Part shown: in pieces, positions 20,753-31,160 of the stretch
How the letters are laid out: each line of letters starts with the position of its first letter
How positions within the stretch are numbered: position 1 is the first letter of the stretch
Source of the DNA: a virus
Taxonomy: Duplodnaviria; Caudoviricetes
Strand: one strand, 5' to 3'
DNA: 64,000 bases
Virus record (IMG/VR): IMGVR_UViG_3300032303_001195
Coordinates: 1-64,000 of that record
Made by a program: the position numbers and the translations under genes
Notes under the pieces: model-generated
What the model was told of the DNA's origin: nothing
What the model saw: the letters and a program-made list of their open reading frames with translations, nothing else
Database searches by the model: none

Positions 20753-21119
20753 CTTTGTCCATCTCGCATTCGCTACAAATAATTACAGGTGTTCCATCAT
20801 ATCGCTTGTGGTCTACCCACACATGCTCGTCCATGTCGCACAGTGTCATTTCATATATGTCTATCTGAATAATTACATCTTGGTTATGTGGTATGTGACA
20901 GACATAGAATCCCATGCGATTGACAAAACTAATACCATTACTGATTACACTGTAGTCACCACCGTCTGTCCATGTCCAAAGATATTCATTGTCTATCTCT
21001 TGAATGATATCGTAGTCTGCACCATATGTTTCATACATAACAGGATTACCATCAAAATCACAGATTGGTTTGTATTGCTCTACCCACTCGTCGTAGGTAA
21101 GGTCGATTATAGTATTCAT
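20736..21119 (-). CDS. Hypothetical protein with C-terminal Zn motif
   Basis: Leaderless ORF after a TGTC-box promoter. Contains YETYG..WT..DG...VNRMG and C..H...CxxC. Confidence 0.75.
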   Translation of the reverse strand: MNTIIDLTYDEWVEQYKPICDFDGNPVMYETYGADYDIIQEIDNEYLWTWTDGGDYSVISNGISFVNRMGFYVCHIPHNQDVIIQIDIYEMTLCDMDEHVWVDHKRYDGTPVIICSECEMDKDDNES

Positions 21120-21147
21120 AGTTACACCTTATCACTAGGGTACGACA

Positions 21148-21381
21148 TTAGGAATATAGGGCGATGTATTCGTCAATAAGGTCTGGTTGGAATCCACTCC
21201 ACCACATGGTCCCTGCATTAACGACAGGAGCAGACTTAAATCCCTCGGCTAAAAGTTGATCGAGTGCGTCTACATCCTCGGTAATATCGACGGTAGTGTA
21301 GGCTACACCTTTATCGTCAAAGTACTTCTTAGTAGCATTACACTGTACACAGTTAGGTTTGGTATAGATAGTAGGAGTCAT
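21148..21381 (-). CDS. nrdH: NrdH-redoxin
   Basis: IYTKPNCVQC...APVV...WSGFQPD. Confidence 0.9.
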   Translation of the reverse strand: MTPTIYTKPNCVQCNATKKYFDDKGVAYTTVDITEDVDALDQLLAEGFKSAPVVNAGTMWWSGFQPDLIDEYIALYS

Positions 21382-21384
21382 ACT

Positions 21385-21630
21385 CTAGTTTACCACGGTC
21401 CGATACTGCTTATTCACAAAGTAGTCTTGTGAGTAAATAGTTTTCATCTCATGGTCATGTACACATCGTTGATAGTTTTGGAAAGCTAGCTCACCATAGA
21501 AAAACTTAGGTCGCTGTCCCTCTAGTACTACCTTATAAAAATCATTCTCGGTATCTGACTCCCATACCTCTGCAACCTGGGAATGATAGATACGACGCCA
21601 AACCTGGTCAGCTGCTTTTGGTCTACGCAT
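21385..21630 (-). CDS. Hypothetical protein
   Basis: Coupled start MRRPKAA. Confidence 0.6.
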   Translation of the reverse strand: MRRPKAADQVWRRIYHSQVAEVWESDTENDFYKVVLEGQRPKFFYGELAFQNYQRCVHDHEMKTIYSQDYFVNKQYRTVVN

Positions 21631-21742
21631 TATGGGTGTACTTCCTCTCCTGTACAAATAACTATTTCATTATTCTTATCTACAAATACATGCATGTTAG
21701 GAAAAGCATTCCCTACTAGTCGCTCTACCTCAGCTACAGACA

Positions 21743-21922
21743 TCATGCCTCTTCCTCCTCGTCTTCATCGCCCTCTTCATAGATAAGCTCTGCATCTACA
21801 GAATCGACGGAATCGTACTGAAGGTTCTCCATATAGTATCCTAATTGCTCTGCCTCTTCCTGAGACTCAGCCTCGATAGTACCAGAAAATCTAATTAGGG
21901 TTTCAACATAGTATTGGTTCAC
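21743..21922 (-). CDS. Small acidic hypothetical protein
   Basis: Hand translation ...IEAESQEEAE... with an acidic tail. GGAG RBS and GTG start. Confidence 0.6.
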   Translation of the reverse strand: MNQYYVETLIRFSGTIEAESQEEAEQLGYYMENLQYDSVDSVDAELIYEEGDEDEEEEA

Positions 21923-22185
21923 AGCATCTCCTCTAGTTGTTCATCGGTCAGGCTATCAATTCTAGCAAGACCCTCCGACAGCATCATGGCAATAGCCTTT
22001 TCTAATTCGTTCATATGTATAGTATGGCATGAGGGTACGACATTCTGCAACTTTTCAAGCCTTTCGTTACCTTATCGTAATCTGGGAAATATGTTTGTCT
22101 ATCGTAATGCATTAGAAATGAATGTTTGTATACAAATGGATCGGCGCCGCCACCACCTCCCCGAAGGGAGGCAGTGACTGACCGA

Positions 22186-23208
22186 CTAGGAAGCCATTGT
22201 CATATTCTGAACAATGCGAAGAATACGGTTCTTCTCTGCGTTCATAGCAGGGTCAAAGCCAGAAGCCGAAGCCAACACAGACTCGTTGTTACCCTTGCGA
22301 CCATTACGATACCAGTCAAGCCGTTCGGTGATACCGTTGAGCACCCCCCAAGCCGTTCCCGAAATCGTGTTGTTGAACTGACCGTTGTAGATGTCCTCAA
22401 CGAGTTCCAACTTAGTCTGCCACTTGGACATAGCACCCTTAGCGTCCTTCTCAGGCATGGGGTAGACCTCACGAAGAATGTCTTGGAACTTGTCGTTCGT
22501 GACCTCAGTCTCAATCATAGCCTGAGCCATCTTGTCAAACTCGTCCATGTATTCATTCGCAAGACCGAGAGCGATACGAGCCTCATTGACACGACCCTCA
22601 GCCGTCTGAGTGTGACGAATCTTGAACGACTGCTTGGCACTACGCCAGTGACCTGTGCCACTACCGATAGCCATGTTCAGAGTGTTCGCACATACGACAC
22701 GCACAGGCGTGATGCTCGCCATAATGGACACCGACCCATCGTGAGATGTGTTTACCAATAGGTAAGTGTTTACCTTGTCGCCTACACCCTTGGGGTCAAG
22801 CACAGTCTCACGCTCAAGAGCCAAAGCACCAAAGACAACACGACCACCCTTGATAGAACCAGCCGTCTCCCAGCGTCCACCACCATCGAGCAGGTTGTCA
22901 CCAAAGGTAAACAAGTCCTCATTCTGAAGCGTGTTGTAACGCTCACCAACGATACCCAGAATGTCTTTCTGACCATCGGTGAATGGGTTATTACGAGTAA
23001 CAAAATAGTTAGTCTTGTCAGAGGTGAATCCGTCAGGAATAGGAATCTCAGTCAAACCGACATTCCACTTGTCAAGGTGAGCAAGTTCGAGCATCTCAGA
23101 GGTAGTTACTTCTTCCTCCATGACCGTACCCAAACCATGCCACGCAGGTTCACGCAGAGTAGCAAAAGCGACCTCGCCGTTCGCACCCTGTTCAAGTTCG
23201 TGTGCCAT
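22186..23208 (-). CDS. DUF932-family phage/plasmid protein
   Basis: PAWHGLG, WETAGSIKGG, NTSHDGS, TPVRVVCANT, RHT, TAWG..N..TE..D. Confidence 0.9.
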   Translation of the reverse strand: MAHELEQGANGEVAFATLREPAWHGLGTVMEEEVTTSEMLELAHLDKWNVGLTEIPIPDGFTSDKTNYFVTRNNPFTDGQKDILGIVGERYNTLQNEDLFTFGDNLLDGGGRWETAGSIKGGRVVFGALALERETVLDPKGVGDKVNTYLLVNTSHDGSVSIMASITPVRVVCANTLNMAIGSGTGHWRSAKQSFKIRHTQTAEGRVNEARIALGLANEYMDEFDKMAQAMIETEVTNDKFQDILREVYPMPEKDAKGAMSKWQTKLELVEDIYNGQFNNTISGTAWGVLNGITERLDWYRNGRKGNNESVLASASGFDPAMNAEKNRILRIVQNMTMAS

Positions 23209-23353
23209 GTATAGCCTTTCATTAGCGGTTGTTTAGTTATATAAGTATGACACAGACCACCGACAATTACAAGCTCCAGAGACATATTCTTAATCATCGT
23301 AATTGAAATGTTACATTCGCAGATCGGGGCGCCGCCCTCGGAGGGTATGAGAA

Positions 23354-23380
23354 TAGGCAGTTTAAAGACATGCCTAGGTC
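23354..23380 (-). ncRNA. Conserved H-type pseudoknot motif, copy 1 (others at 24637-24665 and 25157-25183)
   Basis: GAC-C-UAGGCA-U-GUC-UU-UAAAC-UGCCUA, with compensatory changes between copies. Confidence 0.7.
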
Positions 23381-23435
23381 TATTGGATGGAGCCAAGAAA
23401 GGAATTAACAAAACTCCATCCTAGCTTTAAGGTCC

Positions 23436-23954
23436 CTACTCGTCCTCAAACTCCACAGAGTCAAGGTCGTAGTCGAAACTACTCAGAGCGTCATAGCCAT
23501 AAGCCACATTCAGGTCAGCCTCAAGTTCATAGCGGTCAAGTTCATCAGTGTCCTCAAAGATACTAATCTCAATCTGACCAGAGAAGTTGATACTACCAGA
23601 TACGTTTACGGTCTTGGTGAGTTGGCAACCGACCAATTCAGCAATCTCTTTAGCACCAGCATTGGTGACAAGTTCATGGTCAATCTGAGTCTTGAGAAGT
23701 TCCCCAAGGTTCTTACGGATTTCGTCAATTTGACGAGCCTCACGGTAGTAGTTCTCTTCCCAACGTTTAGCCTTATTCTCAAGTACCTCAATGTCTTTCT
23801 TCAAGTCACCAATCTGCATTGCGAGTGCAGTCTCGATACCGAGGTCAGCCTCTGGTACAGTTCCAGATAGGATTCCGCCTACAGGTGGCAATTCCTTGTG
23901 CTCCACGTTCTTGTATCCCATAAGTTGGTCGTAGGTTTCGTAGTTCTCTTCCAT
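23436..23954 (-). CDS. Hypothetical coiled-coil protein
   Basis: 172-aa ORF. Confidence 0.75.
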   Translation of the reverse strand: MEENYETYDQLMGYKNVEHKELPPVGGILSGTVPEADLGIETALAMQIGDLKKDIEVLENKAKRWEENYYREARQIDEIRKNLGELLKTQIDHELVTNAGAKEIAELVGCQLTKTVNVSGSINFSGQIEISIFEDTDELDRYELEADLNVAYGYDALSSFDYDLDSVEFEDE

Positions 23955-23956
23955 TA

Positions 23957-24211
23957 TTAGTTCCCCATTTCTTGAAGCATTTCAATAGTGTTGTTGAGAG
24001 TCTCAAAACCCTCTTCACCGAGGCAAACCTCAGCGGTAAGGAATGAGGACATAGAAGCAACCTCACCCACAAGGGCAAGCAAAGCACTACGCATAGTGTC
24101 CTCAGTCATTTCGAGACGGTCATACAGAATGGCACTAGCCAAAGTGATAGCCCTATCTGTTCGTACAGATTCACGGACAGCAGTCTGTAATCCAAAAGCA
24201 ATGTCAATCAT
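23957..24211 (-). CDS. Hypothetical protein
   Basis: Own promoter and GAAAGGG RBS. Confidence 0.7.
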   Translation of the reverse strand: MIDIAFGLQTAVRESVRTDRAITLASAILYDRLEMTEDTMRSALLALVGEVASMSSFLTAEVCLGEEGFETLNNTIEMLQEMGN

Positions 24212-24258
24212 TCTTTTCCCTTTCGTTGTTGACTTTAGTTTAGCAGTACCCACCGACA

Positions 24259-24480
24259 CTAGTCGGATAGGTCAGTGATGTGAGTGACGATAGTGTCAGT
24301 CTCACCCTCTTCAATCAAGTCCATAGCCTCTTCAGCGTCGATATCAAATTCGGGGTAGTTAGACTCGTCCAAGTATCCCATACCGACATTCCAAATAGCC
24401 TCAGCCTCGTCAGCAGAGTTTGCTCTAACCAAATAGGTAGTGCCATTGATAATTTCGTATAATCCCTTTTTCTTTTCCAT
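24259..24480 (-). CDS. Hypothetical acidic protein
   Basis: Leaderless ORF after a TGTC-box promoter. Confidence 0.7.
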   Translation of the reverse strand: MEKKKGLYEIINGTTYLVRANSADEAEAIWNVGMGYLDESNYPEFDIDAEEAMDLIEEGETDTIVTHITDLSD

Positions 24481-24675
24481 ATATAGAGTATGACACTACC
24501 CTCCGACATTTGCAAGCTCCAGGGGTCTATTTCGTAACATCGTAACCTGTTTGTTATATGGGCGGCGCTGATCGGCGCCCCCCACGAAGAAACCCCCTGC
24601 TACCAGCAATCTATCCAGACGCTTCACAGGGGGGAGTGAGTAGTTTACTTAGACATACTCAGGTCATTTTTCTAC

Positions 24676-25125
24676 TTACAGCAGTTCCATTACGGTGTTG
24701 TAGGTAGAGGCATTGACTTCCTCTTGGTTTGTCATTTTGAGAACCTTGAGGTTCTTCTTGAGCAAGTCCAACTTCGTCGTGTAGTCACGACCATACGACT
24801 GACGCTCATTCGGGTTAGAAGGTTCGACAGGCTTGGCAGGAAGGTCAAGCGAGTCGGTGTTTACATGAACAGTTACGCCACCAAGACCATAACGATTAGC
24901 CTCAACACGGATAATCGAGTCATACGAATCACCAATGTTGTCAGGGTTCTTGAGAGCCTCAATAACAGCCTGAAGAACAGCGTCGTTGTACGACTTTGTA
25001 GCCTGACGGAATGCTTCCTTGTCTTTGGGGTAGGTAGCAATGTCAGCCTCAAGTTTGGCAATAGTAGCCTCAACATCAGCAATCAAAGTTGCGGTGGGGA
25101 TTTTTACAGCAAGTGAACGAGCCAT
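24676..25125 (-). CDS. Hypothetical protein
   Basis: 149-aa ORF with AAAGGA RBS. Confidence 0.8.
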   Translation of the reverse strand: MARSLAVKIPTATLIADVEATIAKLEADIATYPKDKEAFRQATKSYNDAVLQAVIEALKNPDNIGDSYDSIIRVEANRYGLGGVTVHVNTDSLDLPAKPVEPSNPNERQSYGRDYTTKLDLLKKNLKVLKMTNQEEVNASTYNTVMELL

Positions 25126-25201
25126 TAGATTCCTTTTCTTTAGCAGTTTGTTTGAGTGGGCAGTTTAGCCTGATACCCAGCAGACAGACTAGGGTCTGAC
25201 C

Positions 25202-25342
25202 TTACTTGACCGTTGTCCAACGGCTGTCACCGTTAGGCAGGGTGAGCAGAACACGAGTCGAACCGCTTGCGTTCTTGATTACCTCGGCAATCGTGCCAGT
25301 CACACCCGACTTCTGCGTGGTGAAGATTTCTCCGATATTCAT
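25202..25342 (-). CDS. Small SH3-like hypothetical protein
   Basis: MNIGEIFTTQKSGVTGTIAEVIKN...RWTTVK, with GAGGA RBS. Confidence 0.7.
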   Translation of the reverse strand: MNIGEIFTTQKSGVTGTIAEVIKNASGSTRVLLTLPNGDSRWTTVK

Positions 25343-25509
25343 TGCTTCCTCATTTCTGTTGGCGAGCCAGCCAACTTATTTGTCCAAGCCGTTTGCTTGT
25401 TATACAAGTATGACACACACCACCGACATTATCAACTCCAAATGGCACTTTTGGGAGTTTTGTTATCATTTCGTAACCTAATTTTTGGGCAGGGGGGCGC
25501 CGCCCTCCA

Positions 25510-26232
25510 CTACTTTTTAGTAGCAGAGAACAGAATGTCATTGCGTTGGAAGATACATTGCCCACAGGTAACACAGGCACTACCCTTTTCGCTAATCATG
25601 GGTAGTTTCTTGTTATTTTCGGGGCATGGGATAGCACTCTCACCAGTAATTTCAAGAATGTCAGCCTTACCAATAGCGAATGTCTGAGCAAGGTAAGCCA
25701 ACTTGATACCGTGAGTCTCTTTTAGACTGATAGCCAATTCTTTGTTAGCACTATCGGTTGAGAAGTAGAAACCAAGATTAGGAATGTCAATCAGGATAGG
25801 CACAGCAAAGTCTGAACGTGTGTATGCCCAGAATTGCACATCTTGAAAGTCACAAATCACATCACGCCATGCATATGTGTAGTCTTCGTTGAAGAAGTCA
25901 CCGTCCCAGTGAATGCGGAATAGTTTTTCTGCACCACGACGCTCGCAATCAGAAACAAAATCCTCAATCATCTCATGGATAAGGTTATACATGGTTAGGT
26001 AGTCAGCGTCTTTGACTAATGCCCAGTTGTGTTCGAGGTTGATACGCACACCCTTGAATACCTTTTCCAACTTGCCAGCGTAGCAGATAGTTTCGCATAC
26101 GCTAGTAGCACCTGGACATGAGAAGGCAGTGCCAGAAGGCAAACCAAAAGTGTTAGCGATACTAGCCTGTTTGCCATTAGGCGTTACAGCGTTGGTTACT
26201 TTACGGTCTTTAGAGCGAATCAACTTTGTCAT
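25510..26232 (-). CDS. GP88-like (radical-SAM-related) phage protein
   Basis: FGLP.G..CPGA...C...CYA and FRIHWDGDF...YTRS, with C-terminal CP...CxxC..C. Confidence 0.75.
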   Translation of the reverse strand: MTKLIRSKDRKVTNAVTPNGKQASIANTFGLPSGTAFSCPGATSVCETICYAGKLEKVFKGVRINLEHNWALVKDADYLTMYNLIHEMIEDFVSDCERRGAEKLFRIHWDGDFFNEDYTYAWRDVICDFQDVQFWAYTRSDFAVPILIDIPNLGFYFSTDSANKELAISLKETHGIKLAYLAQTFAIGKADILEITGESAIPCPENNKKLPMISEKGSACVTCGQCIFQRNDILFSATKK

Positions 26233-26369
26233 AGTCTTACTATACATTGACCCACCGACATTGGGGGATACAGGATCTGGTCGGCGCCGCCCCTAGGGGT
26301 TGTGCGTTATCGAGTCGCACCCCTCGGTCAGGTTCTCGCAATCCTGACATTGTTAGCGAGAGTCTTTGA

Positions 26370-26864
26370 CTACCAAGAAGCCTGATAGGTGAAACTCACA
26401 CTATCGTCACCGTAGGTCTGAATCAGAACACGGTCTAACTCTTTGGCGGTGTCCTCCAAGTCTGACCAATACCACTCGTCATACTCAGTTGAGCCAAAGA
26501 AGAAGCCTGACGAAGTAGGCAGAGCCACAGGTGCTTTCTCACGGTGAATGAGAACATCCTTTACCAAGTCACGCAAGTCCTCTAAATCCTTGCGACGGAC
26601 ATAGATAGGCTGACACTCGTCTACACCGTTGGCGAGATTGTCCACAAACCATTGGTGAATTGCATTTGCCTTACGCCAATAGATAGCGGTAGCAGTTACA
26701 GAAACGCTGTAGTTATGCTCGTCGGTCACGAAGTTTTTGAGTCCAGCAGTCTCAAGAATAGCCAAGCCTTCTGGCACATCCTTTTTGACAATATCGCCAT
26801 TCTCCTGAACCCAATCAGAAGTTCGAACATTCTTGCGAACCTCAAGATACATGTCCAAGCCCAT
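26370..26864 (-). CDS. Conserved phage hypothetical protein
   Basis: MGLDMYL...YWRKANAIHQWF...LPT..GFFFGS.EYD...Y.ASW. Confidence 0.8.
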   Translation of the reverse strand: MGLDMYLEVRKNVRTSDWVQENGDIVKKDVPEGLAILETAGLKNFVTDEHNYSVSVTATAIYWRKANAIHQWFVDNLANGVDECQPIYVRRKDLEDLRDLVKDVLIHREKAPVALPTSSGFFFGSTEYDEWYWSDLEDTAKELDRVLIQTYGDDSVSFTYQASW

Positions 26865-26910
26865 TAGTTTTTCCTTTCGTTTCTTTTTATTTTAGCAGTA
26901 CCCACCGACA

Positions 26911-27018
26911 TTACTCACAATTGTGAAACACATAACTGCTTGCGATATCGGTAAAGCCACACTCAACACATTCGCACATAAGTCCAGCACGAGTCGGGGT
27001 AATAATCATTTTCGTCAT
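26911..27018 (-). CDS. Micro Zn-finger protein (35 aa)
   Basis: CxxC...HxC, leaderless after a promoter copy. Confidence 0.55.
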   Translation of the reverse strand: MTKMIITPTRAGLMCECVECGFTDIASSYVFHNCE

Positions 27019-27198
27019 AAAATAACTATAACAGCACCCACCGACACTGGGGGGCGCCGCCCTCCTATGGATTCCTAGACTTGATTTTTCTAACTACTGA
27101 CTCAATGATAAACAACACTGCAAAAATCAAAGGGGATAAAATAGCCATCCCAATAATTATTGCAATCAGTGTGAGCGTTAGAATTATTAGAAACCCCA

Positions 27199-27976
27199 CT
27201 ACTCAAGCACCTCATATTTGGGATTAGAATATTCTCCCCTTACCCGAATGGATTCCTCGAACATCTTCCAGCCTGTTTGGAATGTCTTTGGGTGACAGTA
27301 TTGGTCAAGGGAATACAGGATATCCTCGCCATCAGTGTTTGGGTCAAAATCTTCGGGTACGGTAACATCAGTAGTCAGCGTAGTAGTGATACGATATGTA
27401 GGCATTATGCTCCTTAGTGGTCAATTTCGTGGTACAGGCAGGTAGTGCAGATTTTTGTCCAGTCGTTACCGTCGCCTTCATCGGGTGCGAGGGTATCGGG
27501 TGCAAAGTCATTACAAACAGTCATTTTACTCCTTAGAGAAACTCGAATGGGTCACGGTCTTGGAAGATATCCTCAAAGTCTTGCATGGAATAGGATTGTG
27601 GATTTTCATACCACTCTTCCAATGCCTCCAGGATTTCCATACCCTGCTCGTCACCCTCAAACGGATTGCTTTTCATCCCACACCTCCGAATACTTTACAA
27701 TGAACTCACGAACACTTGGAACATGAGTGAAGTCTGCTTCCTTATTTAGTGCCATGTCTAATAGGTCACCAGCCACGATAGCCAGAAACTGTTTCTCTTC
27801 CATTATGCCTCCCACTTGTCGGTTGGTAGTCCATTCAGTATAGCGTAGACGTACGACATTTTCTCGTAGTCAGGCAGGATTTCGAGGGTATCCCATTGGG
27901 CAATAGTCACGTCAGTAGTATCAAACACTAGACAATCTTCTGCCCCATAGTTACCATACTCTGATACATAAGCCAT
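27199..27976 (-). CDS. Operon of five small hypothetical ORFs (27803-27976, 27657-27803, 27533-27676, 27414-27524, 27199-27405)
   Basis: Tiled ORFs with RBSs downstream of the promoter copy at 28016. Confidence 0.6.
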
Positions 27977-28046
27977 GATTTTTTCCTTTCGTAAGTAATC
28001 CTATTATGACACTACCCACTGACATTGGGTCGGCGCCCCTGGATCT

Positions 28047-28122
28047 TGGCTCCCCCTCATGGACTCGAACCATGAACCTGCTGATTAACAGTCAGCTGCT
28101 CTGCCAATTGAGCTAAAGGGGA
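28047..28122 (-). tRNA. tRNA-Asn(GUU)
   Basis: Canonical cloverleaf, CTGTTAA loop, encoded CCA. Confidence 0.95.
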
Positions 28123-28123
28123 A

Positions 28124-28200
28124 TGGCGACTCTGACCAGACTTGAACTGGCGACCCCTACCGTGACAGGGTAGTGCTCTAACCAACTGAGCTACAGAGCC
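28124..28200 (-). tRNA. tRNA-Asp(GUC)
   Basis: Canonical cloverleaf, CTGTCAC loop, encoded CCA. Confidence 0.95.
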
Positions 28201-28214
28201 ATTGTCCTATTGTA

Positions 28215-28376
28215 TCAGGCATACTCCCGAATAGCAACCTGCTTGATTGCCCCACGAGTCCTCTGACGGTTAGGTCGATTGTCGTGAGTGGTAGCCGCAT
28301 TGGAACTACGCAGACCACGCATAGCAACAATGTATGCGGTGTTCTGAATCTTCTTGGGTGCTGTCTTTTTCTTCAT
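28215..28376 (-). CDS. Small basic hypothetical protein
   Basis: LRSSNAATTH...RQRTR, leaderless after a promoter copy. Confidence 0.65.
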   Translation of the reverse strand: MKKKTAPKKIQNTAYIVAMRGLRSSNAATTHDNRPNRQRTRGAIKQVAIREYA

Positions 28377-28468
28377 ATCTCAATACTAGCAGTGACCACT
28401 GACATTGGAGGCATTTTTAGTAATATACTTAATAACATTCCGATAACGGATCGGGGCGCCGCCCCCCC

Positions 28469-29767
28469 CTAAAAGGGAGGTCGGTTCAGTAGTGCCTCAT
28501 ATTCGGCTTCCTTGTATTTCGTGTACAGGTACAGAATCACAAGGGTGTCGAACAGAATCACGCCCATCATTATGACGAACAGCCAAAATAGGTTCATTAG
28601 TTCTCCTCGAAGTCATAGCAAGCGTTGATAAATACATTGCGTTGGAATCGCTCATTGTCCTTAGCAAACATATCTGCGAAGTCATGAACAAGGTCAAGCA
28701 TACGCTGTTCGTTACTGATTGGCATATCACCAATAAAATCAGCAAGAATGCTAGCGGTTTCCACATAGTCTTTGCGTGTCATCATTTTAGTGTGTCCTTT
28801 TCTTTGTTGGTTTTAGTTTACAGCAAGCCACCGACACTACGAACCGTAGACGGTCAGCAGTGTGCGGTAGCCATTGGCACGACCCTCGCACCACGAAGCC
28901 ATGCCTTCCATGCCAGCCTCACGGTACATGATTACATCAGCCTCGTTTTGCTCGGCAAGCCACTCAAGCGATTCGACTGGGATAGTGATTGTGTTTTCCA
29001 TAGTTTTCCTTTCGTTGTATAACAACTGTATCAGTACCCACCGACATTGCAGGGCATTTACAGCGTGTTTCGTATAACGGTTTGATAACAGTCGGGGCGC
29101 CGCCCCTGCTAGTTGTAGCCCTCTACCCAAATATTTTCCTCTAACAGCATGTCCACATAGTCAGCGAAGCCACAGCGGTATGCGATTGGGTCACAGTTCT
29201 TGAGAATGTCTGCAGGGTAGAACTCTGAGTAGCCAATGGTCACAATGCCATAGCAATCATTTAGATATGCGTCATAGTCATCTCGGGCTTGTTCTTCGGA
29301 CAGGATTTCGTGCTTTGCGATTTCGTTCATATAATGACTATAACACTACCCACCGACAGAGGTCGGCGCCCCCCTAATATCCATAGTCTTCGTCAGTACC
29401 CCAGCCAGCAGAGGCAAGAGCATCTGCATCCCACCAAGACTCGTCTGGCTCGTAGTCCTGAGACTCAAGAGAGTTGCCAGAGATGTCCCAATAGGCTTCG
29501 GTGTCCTCAACAGTCCACTCATTGCCGAGGTCGTCAAGGTAGGCGACAATCTCGTTACCCTCACCAAAAATAGGCTCAAAAATCATTAGTTATCCTTTCG
29601 TTGTTATAACAAGAATAGCAGGGGGTACTGACACTCCTCCGTAATTCACTTGGTAAGCGGATCGGCGCCGCCCCCTACCAGCGGAAGTCTTCCTGTTCGT
29701 CATACCATTCCTGGTAGACGTATTCGGTTCCACAGCCACAGCAGGGGCGGTCTTCACATGTACACAT
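28469..29767 (-). CDS. Six micro-ORF cassettes (28469-28597, 28597-28785, 28837-29001, 29109-29330, 29374-29586, 29675-29767)
   Basis: Each is framed by a promoter/RBS and a palindrome or the next promoter. They include MTRKDY...ERF...AC and CEDRPCCGC peptides. Confidence 0.7.
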
Positions 29768-29816
29768 AGTGTGCCTTTCGTTTGGAGTGATAAAAGAATA
29801 GCAAGGGCTACCGACA

Positions 29817-29972
29817 CTACATGTTTCTAGTGTCAGCCTCAGCCACGATTTCCGCATCAGGGAACACCTTGATACAGGTGGCACACAGTGCGACAGGGGT
29901 TTCTCGCAAGAAGCCAAGCTCAATAAGGTACACAGCGTCTCGGTGCTGGCAGAATTCACATTCGGGGTTCAT
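29817..29972 (-). CDS. CxxC-CxxC micro zinc-finger protein
   Basis: MNPECEFCQHRDA...LCATC...IVAEADTRNM. Confidence 0.65.
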   Translation of the reverse strand: MNPECEFCQHRDAVYLIELGFLRETPVALCATCIKVFPDAEIVAEADTRNM

Positions 29973-30133
29973 AGTTTTCCTTTCGTTACCACTAGACTAG
30001 CATGACCCACCGACATTGGGGAAAATTTCCGAGGCGTTTTAATGCGCTTACGTAAACTGATTTTGGAATGGTCGGGCGGCGCCGACCCCACCGACATTTG
30101 TCAAGCGACACGCCGATCGGGTTGACTTATTTT

Positions 30134-30265
30134 TCAGGGGCAGAAGGTCGCCCAAAACAAAAGAATAAACCAATAGGCAGAGTACAAAATAGCAAAAGCC
30201 ATACCAATGCGAACAACTGCCCTAGCGATACCACGAACAACATAGTAAGTCTTTGAGTGATTCAT
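30134..30265 (-). CDS. Small membrane protein
   Basis: AGGAG RBS and a hydrophobic C-terminal half. Confidence 0.6.
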   Translation of the reverse strand: MNHSKTYYVVRGIARAVVRIGMAFAILYSAYWFILLFWATFCP

Positions 30266-30272
30266 TATGCTC

Positions 30273-30443
30273 CTAGTCTGCAATCGGGAAGATATCAAGA
30301 ATCGGGAAGGCAGTTTCCAATTCATCGCACACGATAGCATCGTGGCACTGTTGACAGACAGCGACAAAAGTCAGTTCGACAATTTCGGTGTCATACTCCA
30401 AGACTTCACGAGCCTCACGGTAGTCACAGATTTCACATTCCAT
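30273..30443 (-). CDS. CxxC-CxxC micro zinc-finger protein
   Basis: MECEICDYREA...VCQQC. Confidence 0.65.
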   Translation of the reverse strand: MECEICDYREAREVLEYDTEIVELTFVAVCQQCHDAIVCDELETAFPILDIFPIAD

Positions 30444-30595
30444 TAGTTTTCCTTTCGTTTACGTTTTGATTCTAACAGCACCCACCGACATTCACATACG
30501 CGACACGCCGATAACCCAGAAAAAAGTTATCCACATCTTAAATAAAAGTTATCCACAGGGCGGCGCCGCCCCCTGCGACATTTGTCAAGTCCTGG

Positions 30596-30955
30596 CTAGG
30601 CGTTTCGCAAATATTCCATTGCCCTAGCGATGCGGTCTAAATCATCTTGGAACACGCCCAAGCCACGGTTACAGTTGTGGCAGATGTGTCCACGGAATGC
30701 ACCTGTACCGTGGTCGTGGTCTACTACCCACACCGATGCGTTGCCACCTGTTCCCTTTAGTTCATCTTCTGACTTCAGGCAGATAGGGCAGGTGTGTCCC
30801 TGTTCGGGGTAGCCATACTCTTTACGCAGAGCACGACGCTCACTAGACAACTTACGACCACAGTCACGGCACTCAGGTCGCAGGTACTTGCCACCAGAGG
30901 CAGGGGAGAATGAAGCGTGAGGTAGGGACTCTTGGCACTTGGAACAGGTTTTCAT
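30596..30955 (-). CDS. Endonuclease VII-family (HNH-type) nuclease
   Basis: CPIC...VVDHDH.TG..RG..C..CNRGLG.F.DD. Confidence 0.9.
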   Translation of the reverse strand: MKTCSKCQESLPHASFSPASGGKYLRPECRDCGRKLSSERRALRKEYGYPEQGHTCPICLKSEDELKGTGGNASVWVVDHDHGTGAFRGHICHNCNRGLGVFQDDLDRIARAMEYLRNA

Positions 30956-31160
30956 AGGTTTCACTTTACGCTAGGGTACTGACATTGTGGTAAGCGACAC
31001 GCCGATTACAGGAAAATTTTCAAGGCATTTTAATGGATCTACGTAAATGTGGATAAGTTATCAACAGGCGGCGCCGATTTTTTTGGAATACGCAAACCGA
31101 CACGCCGTGTATTCCAAAATTGGCATATGCGAGAGATCCCGATTTGGGGAGGGTAGTCTG

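Noticed and set aside
27851-27858. Additional TGTC-box promoter copy
   Set aside because: It lies inside ORF 27803-27976 and is only a partial match, so it was not counted.
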